From Bosea sp. (in: a-proteobacteria) (lineage in GTDB: Bacteria > Pseudomonadota > Alphaproteobacteria > Rhizobiales > Beijerinckiaceae), in contig JANMMX010000011.1 in NCBI GenBank assembly GCA_031373605.1, forward strand, positions 1-47,376: a stretch of DNA of 47,376 bases, written 5' to 3'. A program made the position numbers and the translations under genes. The notes beneath the pieces are model-generated. The model was not told the DNA's origin. It made no database searches and saw nothing but the letters and a program-made list of their open reading frames with translations. Of the stretch, positions 19,296 to 30,016 are shown in pieces (position 1 is the stretch's first letter; each line of letters opens with the position of its first letter).

Positions 19296-20636
19296 TCACA
19301 GAACGGACTTCAGACCCGCCAGCAGAGCGGCGCGGTCCTCGTCGGTGTTGATTTCGGTGTTGGCGATCACGAGCAGGTCATCGAGGCCCGCATCCGGCAT
19401 CAGGCGCGAGACGGGCACGCCTGCCAGAATGCCCTTGGCGGCCAGCTTCTCGACCACTTCGGCGGCAGGCTTCGTGAGCTTGACGGTGAACTCGTTGAAG
19501 AAGGTTTCGTTCATCACCTTCACGCCCGGCACCGAGGCCATCAGTGTCGCCAGCTTGACGGCATTGGCATGGTTCACGTTCGCCAGACGCGTCAGGCCGG
19601 TCTGGCCCAGCAACGTCATGTGGATGGTGAAGGCCAGGCAGCACAGGCCCGAATTGGTGCAGATGTTCGAGGTCGCCTTGTCGCGGCGGATGTGCTGCTC
19701 GCGGGTGGACAGTGTCAGCACGAAGCCGCGCTTGCCATCGGCATCCACCGTCTCGCCGCAGAGGCGGCCGGGCATCTGGCGGGTGTATTTGGCCTTGGCG
19801 GCAAACAGCCCGACATAGGGCCCGCCAAAATTCAGCGCATTGCCGATGGACTGGCCTTCGCCGACGACAATGTCGGCGCCCATATGGCCAGGCGGCGTGA
19901 TGGCGCCCAGCGAGATGACCTCGGTGACAACCGCGATGAGGAGAGCGCCATGCGCGTGGCACTTCTCGGCGATAGGTGCGAGATCGCGCAGGTTGCCGAA
20001 GAAATCGGGTGACTGAACGACGACGCAGGATGTCTCGTTGTCGATCTTTGCCAGAATGTCCTCGGTGCCCGAGACATCGGCTTTCATGGTGAGAACCTGA
20101 TCGCTCGCCATATGCGACAGCGTGCGCACGACATCGGCATATTGCGGGTGCAGGCCGCCGGACAGGATCGCCTTGCGGCGTTTGGTGACGCGGTGCGCCA
20201 TCAGCACGGCCTCGCCTGTGCCGGTCGAGCCGTCATACATCGAGGCATTGGCCACATCCATGCCGGTGAGGGCTGCCACCTGCGTCTGGAACTCGAACAG
20301 ATATTGCAGCGTGCCCTGCGCGATTTCCGGCTGGTAGGGCGTGTAGCTGGTGAGAAATTCGGAGCGCTGGATCAGGTGATCGACGGTCGCCGGAACGTGG
20401 TGCTTGTAGGCGCCGCCGCCGATGAAGAACGGCACGCTGGATGAGGGCACATTGCGCGCCGCCAACCCACCCAGGATGCGCTCGACTGCAAGTTCGCTCT
20501 TGGCGAAAGGCAGATCGAGCGGGGCTGTCAGCAACTTGTCGGCAGGCACGTCAGAAAACAGCTCATCGACGTTTGACACGCCGATTTTCGCGAGCATCTC
20601 GCCACGGTCGGTATCAGATAAGGGCAGGTAGCGCAT
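19296..20636 (-). CDS. gcvPA: Glycine dehydrogenase (decarboxylating) subunit 1
   Basis: [41 protein letters not shown]. Confidence 0.97.
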   Translation of the reverse strand: MRYLPLSDTDRGEMLAKIGVSNVDELFSDVPADKLLTAPLDLPFAKSELAVERILGGLAARNVPSSSVPFFIGGGAYKHHVPATVDHLIQRSEFLTSYTPYQPEIAQGTLQYLFEFQTQVAALTGMDVANASMYDGSTGTGEAVLMAHRVTKRRKAILSGGLHPQYADVVRTLSHMASDQVLTMKADVSGTEDILAKIDNETSCVVVQSPDFFGNLRDLAPIAEKCHAHGALLIAVVTEVISLGAITPPGHMGADIVVGEGQSIGNALNFGGPYVGLFAAKAKYTRQMPGRLCGETVDADGKRGFVLTLSTREQHIRRDKATSNICTNSGLCCLAFTIHMTLLGQTGLTRLANVNHANAVKLATLMASVPGVKVMNETFFNEFTVKLTKPAAEVVEKLAAKGILAGVPVSRLMPDAGLDDLLVIANTEINTDEDRAALLAGLKSVL

Positions 20637-20658
20637 GGGAAGCTCGTGAGGTTTGAGG

Positions 20659-21216
20659 TCAGTGCTTGTGGGTGTGGGGTGCTGCGGTGCCGTCAGTCGC
20701 CGTGTAGCCGCGCGCTGCAACATAAAGCTCGGTCTGCTCGGCGGTGAGGACGGCCTTCATGTCCAGATGAGCGGAAAGATGGACCCGGCGCAGGTCGCCC
20801 TGCAGCGCGCCGATCCTTGCCGTCAGTTCGGCCAGCACCGTGGCGTCGATATGCTGGTGTGAGAAACGACGGTCGAGCAGGCGCTCGGCCTCGAGCAATT
20901 GCTCGCCCGTGGCTTGCGCCGCCTCGCGCATGCGCTCGAAGCTGGCCTGCACATGCGCACGCTGGGCATCGGTCAGGGCAAGCTTGTCCGCCAGTTCCAG
21001 CACATGCATCGGGCCGGGAAAACCGTTCAGCTCTGCAGCCTTGGCCAACCCCATGCCGCGCCCGGCTTTCAGGTCTGCTATCTCAGTGGCCGACAGGCTC
21101 TTGATCTCGCGCGTTTCCTGGCCGGCATAGGGCGTCGGATTTGCCAACGCGATGCCGCCCATCGCGGCGGCAAAACATGCGAATGCAAGGATGGCAAGCG
21201 TAACGGGACGATGCAT
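20659..21216 (-). CDS. Secreted Spy/CpxP-like helical periplasmic protein with His-rich C-terminus
   Basis: Signal peptide, [43 protein letters not shown] (LTXXQ) motifs, ends HTHKH. Confidence 0.75.
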   Translation of the reverse strand: MHRPVTLAILAFACFAAAMGGIALANPTPYAGQETREIKSLSATEIADLKAGRGMGLAKAAELNGFPGPMHVLELADKLALTDAQRAHVQASFERMREAAQATGEQLLEAERLLDRRFSHQHIDATVLAELTARIGALQGDLRRVHLSAHLDMKAVLTAEQTELYVAARGYTATDGTAAPHTHKH

Positions 21217-21237
21217 GGCAGCGCTCTTTCGGCTGGA

Positions 21238-21615
21238 TCAGCTGATCGATTTCAGGAAGGCGTCGTATTCGGCTTCCGTCATCATGCCGTCGAGCTCGGC
21301 CGGGTTGGCGAGCTTGATCTTGACGAACCAGCCTTGGCCAGCTGCATCTTCGTTGACGGTGCCGGGCGAAGCTTCCAGCGCAGCGTTCACGGCCACCACC
21401 TCGCCAGAGACGGGGGCATAGACTTCGGAAGCCGCCTTGACGCTCTCGACCACGGCAGCCTCGCCGCCCTTGGTGACGGCCTTGCCGACGGCCGGAAGCT
21501 CGACGAAGACGACATCGCCCAGCTGCTGCTGCGCATAGTCGGTGATGCCGACCGTGCCGGTGTCGCCCTCGATGCGGATGTATTCGTGGTCCTTGGTATA
21601 GCGAATGTCAGACAT
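21238..21615 (-). CDS. gcvH: Glycine cleavage system H protein
   Basis: [27 protein letters not shown], lipoyl [13 protein letters not shown]. Confidence 0.97.
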   Translation of the reverse strand: MSDIRYTKDHEYIRIEGDTGTVGITDYAQQQLGDVVFVELPAVGKAVTKGGEAAVVESVKAASEVYAPVSGEVVAVNAALEASPGTVNEDAAGQGWFVKIKLANPAELDGMMTEAEYDAFLKSIS

Positions 21616-21632
21616 GGGTTTTCTCCGGAAAG

Positions 21633-22775
21633 TCAGCGTTTGAAGCGGTTGGGAACGAAGGGCATCTTGACGATGGTGGCTGCAAGCGGGCGACCGCGCA
21701 CCAGCACATTGACGTTGTTGCCGACAGTGGCATGCGCTTTTTCGACATAGCCCATGGCGCAAGGCGCGTTCAGGCTGGGGCCGAACCCGCCAGAGGTAAG
21801 CTTTCCGATGATCGTGCAGTCAGCCAGTGCCACCTCGGCACCTTCGCGTGCCGGCGCGCGGCCCTCAAAGGTGAAGCCGACACGCTGGCGCGAGACGTCG
21901 CCTGAAAGCTCTTTCTGGATGCGGGCAGCACCCGGAAAGCCGCCTTCCTCGCGCCGCCGCTTCTGGATCGACCAGGAAAGCGCGCCCTCGACGGGGGAGG
22001 TCGTGGTGTCAATGTCGTGGCCATAAAGGCACAAGCCGCCTTCAAGCCGGAGCGAATCGCGGGCACCCAGACCAATGGCCTTGACGCGCTTGTCCAGCAA
22101 TAGCGCATCCCAGATCTCGCCAATCTTGTTCTGATGGGCCGAAATCTCGTAGCCATCCTCGCCAGTGTAGCCCGAGCGGCTGACATGGGCGGCAATGCCC
22201 GCCACCTTCATCGAGCGCGCATCCATGAAGAACATGGCGGCCGCTTCCGGTGCAATCACGGCCATGGCGGCCTCTGACATCGGCCCCTGCAGCGCCAGCA
22301 GCGCACGATGATCGGCGCGGATCAGCTTCACATTGGCAGGCAGGCGCGCCTCGATATGGGCATAGTCATCGAGCTTGCAGGCTGCGTTGACGATCAGCAT
22401 CAAGGCGCCGTCTTCGGCGGGATCGATCGAGCGGGTGATCATCAGGTCGTCGAGAATGCCGCCATCATCGGCGAGCAGTTGCGAATAACGCTGCTTGCCA
22501 GGTGGCAGATTGAGAATATCGGCAGGCACCAGCGCCTCGACAGCGCGCGCCGTGGTCTCATGGTCCGGGCCGATGAAAAAGGCCTGCCCCATATGCGAGA
22601 CATCGAAGAGACCCGCCTTCTCGCGGGTCCAGAGATGCTCTGTCATGATCCCGTCGGGATACTGGACAGGCATGTCATAGCCGGCGAAGGGCACCATGCG
22701 GGCACCAAGCGCGACATGGCGCGCATGCAGCGGCGTGGTCAGGAGCGGAGTATCGATTGGTGCAGCATCGGCCAT
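21633..22775 (-). CDS. gcvT: Glycine cleavage system aminomethyltransferase T
   Basis: [44 protein letters not shown]. Confidence 0.97.
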   Translation of the reverse strand: MADAAPIDTPLLTTPLHARHVALGARMVPFAGYDMPVQYPDGIMTEHLWTREKAGLFDVSHMGQAFFIGPDHETTARAVEALVPADILNLPPGKQRYSQLLADDGGILDDLMITRSIDPAEDGALMLIVNAACKLDDYAHIEARLPANVKLIRADHRALLALQGPMSEAAMAVIAPEAAAMFFMDARSMKVAGIAAHVSRSGYTGEDGYEISAHQNKIGEIWDALLLDKRVKAIGLGARDSLRLEGGLCLYGHDIDTTTSPVEGALSWSIQKRRREEGGFPGAARIQKELSGDVSRQRVGFTFEGRAPAREGAEVALADCTIIGKLTSGGFGPSLNAPCAMGYVEKAHATVGNNVNVLVRGRPLAATIVKMPFVPNRFKR

Positions 22776-22828
22776 GCGGGTTCCTCATGAGTCAGGCATG
22801 CGGCCACGCGAGAACCGCGTGTTCACAT

Positions 22829-23024
22829 GCCCCCTCTGTCTCGGAACCTGAGAGATTTCCCGTGATACGCGTTGCCGCGTCACGGTTACACCCGTCGGTG
22901 AGCAGGATCTCTCCTGCTACTTTCCAGAGTGCCAGCTCCCGCGCGGTCCTGTTGGCCTGAGCGTTTCCGGGGCGGTTGCGCCTTCGGCGCCGACAAGGAT
23001 GTTGCCTTGCCGGACTCTCCCGCG
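22829..23024 (-). promoter_or_regulatory. Tandem glycine riboswitch in the gcvT leader (aptamer 1 about 23024-22942, aptamer 2 about 22929-22829)
   Basis: GGAGAG...CGCCGAAGGCGCAA...CTCAGG...GGACCGCG, then CTCTGGAAAG...CACCGACGG...AATCTCTCAGG...GACAGAGGG. Confidence 0.93.
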
Positions 23025-23048
23025 GGGATCATGCAGCTATGGCCACGA

Positions 23049-23076
23049 CAGATAGGCCAAGCGCATCAACTGTCAA
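23049..23076 (-). promoter_or_regulatory. Putative sigma70 promoter of the gcv operon
   Basis: TTGACA-N16-TATCTG just 5' of the riboswitch. Confidence 0.45.
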
Positions 23077-23135
23077 TCGCCACATCGCCGCTTTTTGTTG
23101 CAAGTGCCGGTTGTTCAGCGGGCCATGCACCGAAA

Positions 23136-23735
23136 TCAGCCGCGGCGGCGGCGCGATGTGGCGGCAGGAGCGCCGCCAAGTCCGACCTCGATCTCGACCT
23201 CGCCGGAGCCTGCCGGGACGTTGATACCGGTCTCGACATGGGAGAAATTGACGCCGCCCTCACCGGACGGGATCGTGCCGCCGACGCGCACACTGCGCTG
23301 GGCGATCACCGAGGTGCCGCGCCTCACGCGGATGTTGAGTGTGGCGCTGTGCGAGCCTGCGCCGCCCGCAGGACCGGCCAGCACGCGGCCATCGACGCCG
23401 ACGCGCAGCACATAGGCACCGCCGCTGCCGGTTGCCGTGCATTCGCGTGCGACGTCATTGATGGCGATCTGGTAACGCAAGCCGCCGCTGTCTCCGCCTG
23501 CCTGCGACCGGATGGCCGCACCGCCGTCGATAATGCTGACCTGCGGGCAGTCCAGATCGTCCGGCTCGACCGGGCGCGGCGTTGGCGCGGGCGGTCGTGT
23601 CGAGTTGAACATGACGAGGTTGCCGACGGTTGACCCCACGCCGGAATCGTTTGCGCTGCCACAACCTGAAAGGACAAGCCCGGCAGTGGCCAGGAAAGCA
23701 GCGCGCGCCAATGCGCCTCTTGATGCGATGATCAT
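23136..23735 (-). CDS. Hypothetical lipoprotein
   Basis: Lipobox LSGC, Cys pair CPQV...RECT; ATGA overlap with the ialB-family gene. Confidence 0.75.
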   Translation of the reverse strand: MIIASRGALARAAFLATAGLVLSGCGSANDSGVGSTVGNLVMFNSTRPPAPTPRPVEPDDLDCPQVSIIDGGAAIRSQAGGDSGGLRYQIAINDVARECTATGSGGAYVLRVGVDGRVLAGPAGGAGSHSATLNIRVRRGTSVIAQRSVRVGGTIPSGEGGVNFSHVETGINVPAGSGEVEIEVGLGGAPAATSRRRRG

Positions 23736-24253
23736 GGCAAAGTCTCCACACCCTTGGCAAAACCGTTCAGCGAAACCGGGATGCCAATGCCTTCTTCCGG
23801 TGTCTGGAACACGATGAAAGTTGCGTTCTGCCCGGTCTTCAGCTGCGCCAGCAACGCGTCATCGACGACGACCTCCGCCACACAGCCTGTGTTCAGGCAA
23901 CGCACGAACCCGGCGCGGCCAATATCCTTGTCATCGATCTTGAGGCCAAGGCCCGATGGCAGCAACACACCCAGCGGGGCGACGACGCGCAGCAGGCGAC
24001 TCTTCTGGTCTGCCGTGCGCAGCACAATCACCAGCAACGTCACAGTCGGGCGGTCGTCGGCCGCGACATTCTGCACAAGCGCGCATTGTTCGGATTTGGC
24101 GCCGGGCGGCGTCTCGCAGCGCACTTGCCAGTCGCCAAATGTGCCTTTGACAGCGCCCTGGGCCTGTGCGGCTGACGTGCATACCGCCAACACCAGCATC
24201 ATGCCGGACAGCAGACATGACATTGAAAGCGCCCGTCGGATCATGGATGGCAT
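23732..24253 (-). CDS. Invasion-associated locus B (IalB) family protein
   Basis: Signal peptide, FGDWQVRC, PLGVLLPSGL, RC...GCVAE, VSLNGF; divergent from coxB; start uncertain (24244-24256). Confidence 0.88.
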   Translation of the reverse strand: MPSMIRRALSMSCLLSGMMLVLAVCTSAAQAQGAVKGTFGDWQVRCETPPGAKSEQCALVQNVAADDRPTVTLLVIVLRTADQKSRLLRVVAPLGVLLPSGLGLKIDDKDIGRAGFVRCLNTGCVAEVVVDDALLAQLKTGQNATFIVFQTPEEGIGIPVSLNGFAKGVETLP

Positions 24254-24411
24254 CAAGGCCGGACTCCCTTGTGGCTTCAGCCACGCTACTCTTCAGAAGC
24301 GCAGGCGATTCTGGCATAATTTCGGCTGCCCGAACGCCTTATGCGACCCTCACCCGCTTGGGACCATGCAGCTTCGGCGCTGTCAAGCAGCGCTGTTATG
24401 CCAAATGCGCA

Positions 24412-24452
24412 GCGACATGCCGTCGTCGCATGAGGTTGCGACGATGCGCTGC
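24412..24452. promoter_or_regulatory. RegR/RegA-like GC-rich boxes in the ialB-coxB intergenic region
   Basis: GCGAC-N5-GTCGT (or GCGAC-N8-GTCGC) and GCGAC-N5-GCTGC. Confidence 0.35.
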
Positions 24453-24603
24453 ATTGTTCCGCTGGCGTGGCCATGGTTTTTGACTTATCGCAAACACGGC
24501 TGCATACGACCCGGCAATCGGGTCATGTTTCGAATTGGAAGCGTTACAAACACGCTTCAGGTCAGACCAGCCTGAAGGTTGCCACGGGAGCTTAGTTGTC
24601 CAA

Positions 24604-25506
24604 ATGCCGTTGAAAATGATCGCCGCCAGCTTGAAAATCGCGAAACTTGCAGTTGTTTTCGGCGTGTGTCTGCTCGCAGGGCAGGCCTTGCTTGCCGGTT
24701 CGGCCCTGGCCGCCAATGGCATGCCCCAGCCGTGGCAGATAGATCTTCAGCAACCGGCCACAGAGGTCGCGCGCTACATCGTCTGGTTTCATGACTGGCT
24801 TGTTGTGCTGATCACAGCGATTTCGGTCTTTGTTCTGGGGCTTCTGCTCTATGTGATGTGGCGTTTCAGCGAAAAGCGGAATCCGGTCCCCTCCAAGACC
24901 ACCCACCATGCCGGCCTCGAAGTGGCCTGGACGCTGATTCCCGTTCTGATTCTCGTGGTGGTGGCCATTCCGTCCTTCCGCCTGCTGAAGCTGCAGCTTG
25001 AAATTCCGCAAGCCGACATCACCATCAAGGTCACCGGCAAGCAGTGGTACTGGAGCTGGGAATACGCCAAGGACAATGGCGGTTTCGGCTTCGACCAGAT
25101 CATGCTTGATGACAAGGCGCTGGCGGACGCTGTCAAGAAGGGTGAGCGCAAGCCCGAAGAGGCGCCCCGTCTGCTGGCTGTCGACAACGAGGTTGTCGTG
25201 CCTGTCGGCAAGACAGTGAAGGTGCAGGTGACCGCTGCCGACGTCATCCACAAATTCGCCCTGCCGGCTTTCGGGCTCAAGATCGATGCCATCCCTGGTC
25301 GCCTGAACGAGACGTGGTTCAAGGCCGAACGCGAAGGCATCTTCTATGGCCAGTGCTCGTTCATCTGCGGCCAGAACCACGCCTACATGCCGCTGGCCAT
25401 CCGCGTCGTGAGCGATGCCAATTATGCGACCTGGCTCGCTGACGCGAAAAAGAAATTTGCCAATGCCGGAGATGCGGGATCGCGCGTCGCGGCCTCGGTC
25501 GACTGA
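24604..25506 (+). CDS. coxB: Cytochrome c oxidase subunit II
   Basis: Signal peptide, LEVAWT, GKQWYWSWEY, DVIH, CuA motif CSFICGQNHAYM; start uncertain (24604 or 24616). Confidence 0.95.
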   Translation: MPLKMIAASLKIAKLAVVFGVCLLAGQALLAGSALAANGMPQPWQIDLQQPATEVARYIVWFHDWLVVLITAISVFVLGLLLYVMWRFSEKRNPVPSKTTHHAGLEVAWTLIPVLILVVVAIPSFRLLKLQLEIPQADITIKVTGKQWYWSWEYAKDNGGFGFDQIMLDDKALADAVKKGERKPEEAPRLLAVDNEVVVPVGKTVKVQVTAADVIHKFALPAFGLKIDAIPGRLNETWFKAEREGIFYGQCSFICGQNHAYMPLAIRVVSDANYATWLADAKKKFANAGDAGSRVAASVD

Positions 25507-25577
25507 GCACGTTTCGAACTGAATTTCTGGCCGCATCGGCCACCCGCTTTAGACAAGACGCTTGAAGGAGAATACCC

Positions 25578-27200
25578 ATGGCAACCGCAGGTGTTTATGG
25601 CAGCGATGCTCACGCGCATGGCAACCCGACGGGTTGGCGCCGCTGGATGTATTCAACAAACCACAAGGACATTGGCACGCTCTACCTGATCTTCGCGCTT
25701 TGCGCCGGTCTGGTGGGCACCTTCCTGTCCATCGCCATGCGCCTGGAGCTCCAGGAGCCGGGCATGCAGTATTTTGCCAATGGCCAGTCCTACAACGTCT
25801 TCGTCACGGGCCACGGCCTGATCATGATCTTCTTCATGGTGATGCCGGCGCTGATCGGCGGCTTCGGCAACTGGTTTGTGCCGCTGATGATCGGTGCGCC
25901 TGACATGGCCTTCCCGCGCATGAACAACATCTCGTTCTGGCTGACCGTTGCCGGCTTTGTTCTGCTGGTCATCTCGATGTTCGTTGATGGCGCGCCGGGC
26001 TCCAAGGGCGTCGGCACAGGCTGGACGATTTATCCGCCTTTTGCCTCGACCACTGGCCATCCGGGACCATCCGTCGATTTCGGTATCTTCGCGCTCCACC
26101 TGGCCGGTGCGGCCTCCATTCTTGGCGCGATCAACTTCATCACCACCATCCTGAACATGCGCGCACCTGGCATGACGCTGCACAAGATGCCGCTGTTCGC
26201 ATGGTCGGTTCTGGTCACCGCCTTCCTGCTGCTGCTGGCCCTGCCGGTTCTGGCTGGCGCCATCACCATGCTGCTGACGGACCGCAACTTCGGCACGACC
26301 TTCTTTGACCCTGCAGGCGGTGGCGATCCGGTGCTCTACCAGCACCTGTTCTGGTTCTTCGGCCACCCCGAAGTGTACATCATGATCCTGCCGGCCTTCG
26401 GCATTGTCAGCCACATCATCTCGACCTTCTCGCGCAAGCCCATCTTCGGCTATCTCGGAATGGCCTATGCGATGGTGGCGATCGGTGTCGTCGGCTTCAT
26501 CGTCTGGGCGCACCACATGTATACTGCGGGCCTCTCGCTCAACACGCAGCGCTATTTCGTTTTCGCAACGATGGTGATCGCCGTGCCGACGGGCGTGAAG
26601 ATCTTCTCCTGGATCGCGACGATGTGGGGCGGCTCGCTGCGCTTTACCGCGCCGCTGCTCTGGTCGATCGGCTTCATCTTCCTGTTCACCGTCGGCGGCG
26701 TGACCGGCGTGGTTCTGGCCAATGCCGGTGTCGACCGCTCGCTGCATGCGACCTACTATGTGGTGGCGCACTTCCACTACGTCCTGTCGCTCGGCGCCGT
26801 CTTCGGCATCTTCGCGGGCTATTATTACTGGTTCCCGAAAATGTCCGGCTATGTGATCCCGGACTGGATCGGCAAGCTGCATTTCTGGGTGGCCTTTTTC
26901 GGCGCCAACCTGCTGTTCTTCCCACAGCATTTCCTCGGCCTTGCCGGCATGCCGCGCCACTATGCCGACTACCCCGAGGCTTTCGCCGGCTGGCATTACT
27001 GGTCTTCGATCGGCTCTTACATCTTTGTTGGTGGCCTCCTGATCTTCTTTGCGGGCAACATCTACGCCTTCACCAAGAAGCAGCTGGCCGGTGACAATCC
27101 GTGGGGCGAAGGTGCCACGACGCTGGAATGGACGCTGACATCGCCGCCGCCCTTCCACCAGTATGAGACGCTGCCTGTCATCACAGGCTCCGATCACTAA
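25578..27200 (+). CDS. ctaD: Cytochrome c oxidase subunit I (A1-type, aa3)
   Basis: [41 protein letters not shown]. Confidence 0.98.
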   Translation: MATAGVYGSDAHAHGNPTGWRRWMYSTNHKDIGTLYLIFALCAGLVGTFLSIAMRLELQEPGMQYFANGQSYNVFVTGHGLIMIFFMVMPALIGGFGNWFVPLMIGAPDMAFPRMNNISFWLTVAGFVLLVISMFVDGAPGSKGVGTGWTIYPPFASTTGHPGPSVDFGIFALHLAGAASILGAINFITTILNMRAPGMTLHKMPLFAWSVLVTAFLLLLALPVLAGAITMLLTDRNFGTTFFDPAGGGDPVLYQHLFWFFGHPEVYIMILPAFGIVSHIISTFSRKPIFGYLGMAYAMVAIGVVGFIVWAHHMYTAGLSLNTQRYFVFATMVIAVPTGVKIFSWIATMWGGSLRFTAPLLWSIGFIFLFTVGGVTGVVLANAGVDRSLHATYYVVAHFHYVLSLGAVFGIFAGYYYWFPKMSGYVIPDWIGKLHFWVAFFGANLLFFPQHFLGLAGMPRHYADYPEAFAGWHYWSSIGSYIFVGGLLIFFAGNIYAFTKKQLAGDNPWGEGATTLEWTLTSPPPFHQYETLPVITGSDH

Positions 27201-27209
27201 CAACGGGTC

Positions 27210-27237
27210 GCGGGCGGAACCTCACAGCTCCGCCCGC
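27210..27237 (+). other. Intergenic stem-loop after coxA
   Basis: GCGGGCGGA-N10-TCCGCCCGC. Confidence 0.5.
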
Positions 27238-27254
27238 CCTTCCCCGGAGTTGTC

Positions 27255-28205
27255 ATGTCCGCTGCCTTCGATCATCTGAAGTCTGAAACACCTGCCCCCG
27301 TGCTCTCGACGGGTGAGGCTGGCGATTTTTTCACGTTGCTCAAGCCGCGCGTGATGTTTCTGGTTGTCATCACCGCCTTCGTCGGCGCGCTGGTGGCGCC
27401 CGGTCAGGCGCATCCGGTGCTGTTGGCTGCCTCGATTCTGGCAGTCGCCGTTGGTGCCGGTGCCTCTGGCTGCCTGAACATGTGGTATGATGCCGACATC
27501 GATGCCGTGATGACGCGCACGGCCAAGCGCCCAATTCCCGCAGGGCGCATCTTGCCTGGCGAGGCGTTGGCGTTCGGGTTGGCGCTGTCGGTTGGCTCCG
27601 TGCTGGTGCTGGGCCTGATCGCCAACTGGCAGTCGGCCGCATTTCTCGCTTTCACGATCTTCTTCTATGCCGTTGTCTATTCGATGTGGCTCAAGCGCTC
27701 GACGCCGCAGAACATCGTCATCGGTGGCGCGGCTGGCGCTTTCCCGCCAATGATCGGCGAGATGATCGTCACGGGCCAGTTCGGCATGGCCTCATTTGTT
27801 CTGTTCGCGATCATCTTCCTCTGGACGCCGCCGCATTTCTGGGCGCTGGCACTGGTGAAATCGGCTGATTATGGCCGTGCCGGCATCCCGATGATGCCGA
27901 ACGTTGCTGGCCCTGCAGCCACGCGCCGGCAGATCATGGCCTACACGCTGGTGATGGCCCCTGTTGCCGTGCTGCCCGCCCTGATGGGTTTTGGCGGCGC
28001 GATCTATGGCGCTGTCTCTGTTGTCACGGGGCTTGGCATGATCGTGCTGTCGTGGCGCGTGCTGACGATCACAGAGGGCGAGCCTGCCGTCAAAGCCTCG
28101 CAGGCGCTGTTTGGCTTTTCGATTCTCTATCTCTTCCTGCTCTTCATCGTGCTGATGGCCGAACACGGCCTTGGCCTGATGGTCGCATTGCCGAAGGTGC
28201 TGTGA
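27255..28205 (+). CDS. ctaB: Heme o synthase (protoheme IX farnesyltransferase)
   Basis: [41 protein letters not shown]. Confidence 0.96.
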   Translation: MSAAFDHLKSETPAPVLSTGEAGDFFTLLKPRVMFLVVITAFVGALVAPGQAHPVLLAASILAVAVGAGASGCLNMWYDADIDAVMTRTAKRPIPAGRILPGEALAFGLALSVGSVLVLGLIANWQSAAFLAFTIFFYAVVYSMWLKRSTPQNIVIGGAAGAFPPMIGEMIVTGQFGMASFVLFAIIFLWTPPHFWALALVKSADYGRAGIPMMPNVAGPAATRRQIMAYTLVMAPVAVLPALMGFGGAIYGAVSVVTGLGMIVLSWRVLTITEGEPAVKASQALFGFSILYLFLLFIVLMAEHGLGLMVALPKVL

Positions 28206-28372
28206 TGGCTGAATCCAAGGCACCACCGCCCGCAGCCTTCAGCGCCGAGGACCTTGCCCGGCGCAGGCGGCGTTCTGTCGCGCTGGGGCTGTTGCTGACG
28301 GGCCTTGTCGTGTTCTTCTACGTCATCACCATCTTCAAGACGGGCCCCGCCATTCTGAGCAGGCCGCTGTGA
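28205..28372 (+). CDS. Small membrane protein of the cox cluster (CoxF-like, 55 aa)
   Basis: TGATG coupling to ctaB; RRRRRSVALGL..LVVFFY...RPL. Confidence 0.8.
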   Translation: MAESKAPPPAAFSAEDLARRRRRSVALGLLLTGLVVFFYVITIFKTGPAILSRPL

Positions 28373-28989
28373 GCCTCATGGAACCCGCGAAAACCCCGCC
28401 ACGTTCAGCCCCGCTTGATCCGGCAAAGGCTCGGAAGACGGCGCTGATCTGTGGCAGCGTGGTGGTCGGCATGACGGCACTCGCCTTCGCGTCAGTGCCG
28501 CTCTACGATCTGTTCTGCAAGGTCACCGGATTTGGCGGCACGCCGATGGTGCGCGAGGCCAACACGGCGCGCGTGATCGACCGGGTGATGAATGTCCGGT
28601 TTGATGCCAATGTCGCGCCGGGGCTTGGCTGGGTCTTCCAGGCCGAGAGTCCGGTCATCAAGGCGCGCGTCGGCGAGACGCAGACGGTTTTCTACAAGGT
28701 GACCAACACCTCCGACAGGCCGACGACCGGGATCGCGACTTTCAATGTCACGCCTGCGCAGGCAGGGGCGCATTTCGTCAAGATCCAGTGCTTCTGCTTC
28801 ACCGAGCACACACTTGCACCGGGCGAGAGCATGGATGCGCCGGTGGTGTTCTATGTCGACCCCGAGATCGAGAAGAATGCCGAGTTGAAGGGTCTGAAAT
28901 CCATGACCCTGTCCTATACCTATTTCCCGGCCAGGAATGGCCAGCCTGTTGCTGGCCTGCAGGGCGCTGGCGACAAGCCGAAGCTTTGA
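28369..28989 (+). CDS. ctaG: Cytochrome c oxidase Cu assembly protein CtaG/Cox11
   Basis: ASVPLYDLFCKVTGFGGT, VRFDANV, KIQCFCF. Confidence 0.95.
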   Translation: MSLMEPAKTPPRSAPLDPAKARKTALICGSVVVGMTALAFASVPLYDLFCKVTGFGGTPMVREANTARVIDRVMNVRFDANVAPGLGWVFQAESPVIKARVGETQTVFYKVTNTSDRPTTGIATFNVTPAQAGAHFVKIQCFCFTEHTLAPGESMDAPVVFYVDPEIEKNAELKGLKSMTLSYTYFPARNGQPVAGLQGAGDKPKL

Positions 28990-29055
28990 GCCTATAACGC
29001 GATTCAACTGTGGTTCGGCAACGAACCGTGACGAGACAACGGAGAGCAGACCGCC

Positions 29056-29916
29056 ATGGCTGACGGGCACGCCAAGAACCACGACTATCATCTCGTTGAC
29101 CCAAGCCCCTGGCCGCTGATCGGCGCGACAAGCGCAACGATCATGGCCATTGGTGCTGTGATGTCGATGAAGGCCATGACAATGGCTGGCATGAAGATCG
29201 GCCCGCTTGTGCTCGGCATGGGCGTGATCGGCGTGCTCTACACCATGCTCAGCTGGTGGCGCGACGTCATGCGCGAGGCCGAATACCAGGGCCATCACAC
29301 CCGCGTGGTGCAGATTCACCATCGCTACGGCATGATGATGTTCATCGCCTCCGAAGTGATGTTCTTCGTTGCCTGGTTCTGGGCCTATTTCGACGCTGCG
29401 CTCTATGCGGGCGAGGCCATCCAGTACACCCGCGCCGAGCTTCTTGGCGGGCAATGGCCGCCCAAGGGCATCCAGACCTTTGACCCCTGGCATCTGCCGC
29501 TGCTCAACACGTTGATCCTGCTGACATCCGGCACGACGGTGACATGGGCGCACCATGCGCTGATCGAGGGTGACCGCGAGGGCCTCAAGAAGGGCCTTTG
29601 GCTGACCGTTGTCCTCGGTGCGCTGTTCACGCTGTGCCAGATCTACGAGTATTCTCACGCCGCTTTCGGCTTTTCCGGCAACATCTATGGCGCCACTTTC
29701 TATATGGCGACCGGGTTCCACGGCGCGCATGTGCTGATCGGCACGATCTTCCTCGCAATCTGCCTGTGGCGCGCCTACCAGAACCACTTCACGCCAAAGC
29801 AGCATCTCGGCTTCGAGTTCGCCGCCTGGTACTGGCACTTCGTCGACGTGGTTTGGCTGTTCCTGTTTGCGGCCATCTATGTCTGGGGTGCTGGCACCAA
29901 CATCGCTCCGCATTGA
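29056..29916 (+). CDS. coxC: Cytochrome c oxidase subunit III
   Basis: HDYHLVDPSPWP, FIASEVMFF, TGFHGAHV, WYWHFVDVVW. Confidence 0.97.
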   Translation: MADGHAKNHDYHLVDPSPWPLIGATSATIMAIGAVMSMKAMTMAGMKIGPLVLGMGVIGVLYTMLSWWRDVMREAEYQGHHTRVVQIHHRYGMMMFIASEVMFFVAWFWAYFDAALYAGEAIQYTRAELLGGQWPPKGIQTFDPWHLPLLNTLILLTSGTTVTWAHHALIEGDREGLKKGLWLTVVLGALFTLCQIYEYSHAAFGFSGNIYGATFYMATGFHGAHVLIGTIFLAICLWRAYQNHFTPKQHLGFEFAAWYWHFVDVVWLFLFAAIYVWGAGTNIAPH

Positions 29917-29942
29917 TCCGCCCTGCGGGTCGGACATTCCAG

Positions 29943-29975
29943 GGGGCGGCCTGCGCGGCTGCCCCTTTTTCTTTT
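29943..29975 (+). terminator. Intrinsic terminator after coxC
   Basis: GGGGCGGCC-TGCGC-GGCTGCCCC-TTTTTCTTTT. Confidence 0.8.
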
Positions 29976-30016
29976 CCATGGGCCGCATGACGCTGCCCCG
30001 CCTTGGGGACCACACG

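Noticed and set aside
17703-20636. gcvP split into two genes (possible pseudogene)
   Set aside because: Known two-subunit GcvPA/GcvPB form; both ORFs are intact.
24480-24493. TTGAC-TTAT-CGCAA as an FNR/FixK box upstream of coxB
   Set aside because: Three mismatches to TTGAT-N4-ATCAA; it could simply be a -35 element.
25653-27203. 516-aa antisense ORF over coxA (similarly 28492-30015, 30931-32655, 35504-37468, 16556-17815)
   Set aside because: Stop-poor shadow frames expected from high-GC codon bias; no recognisable domains.
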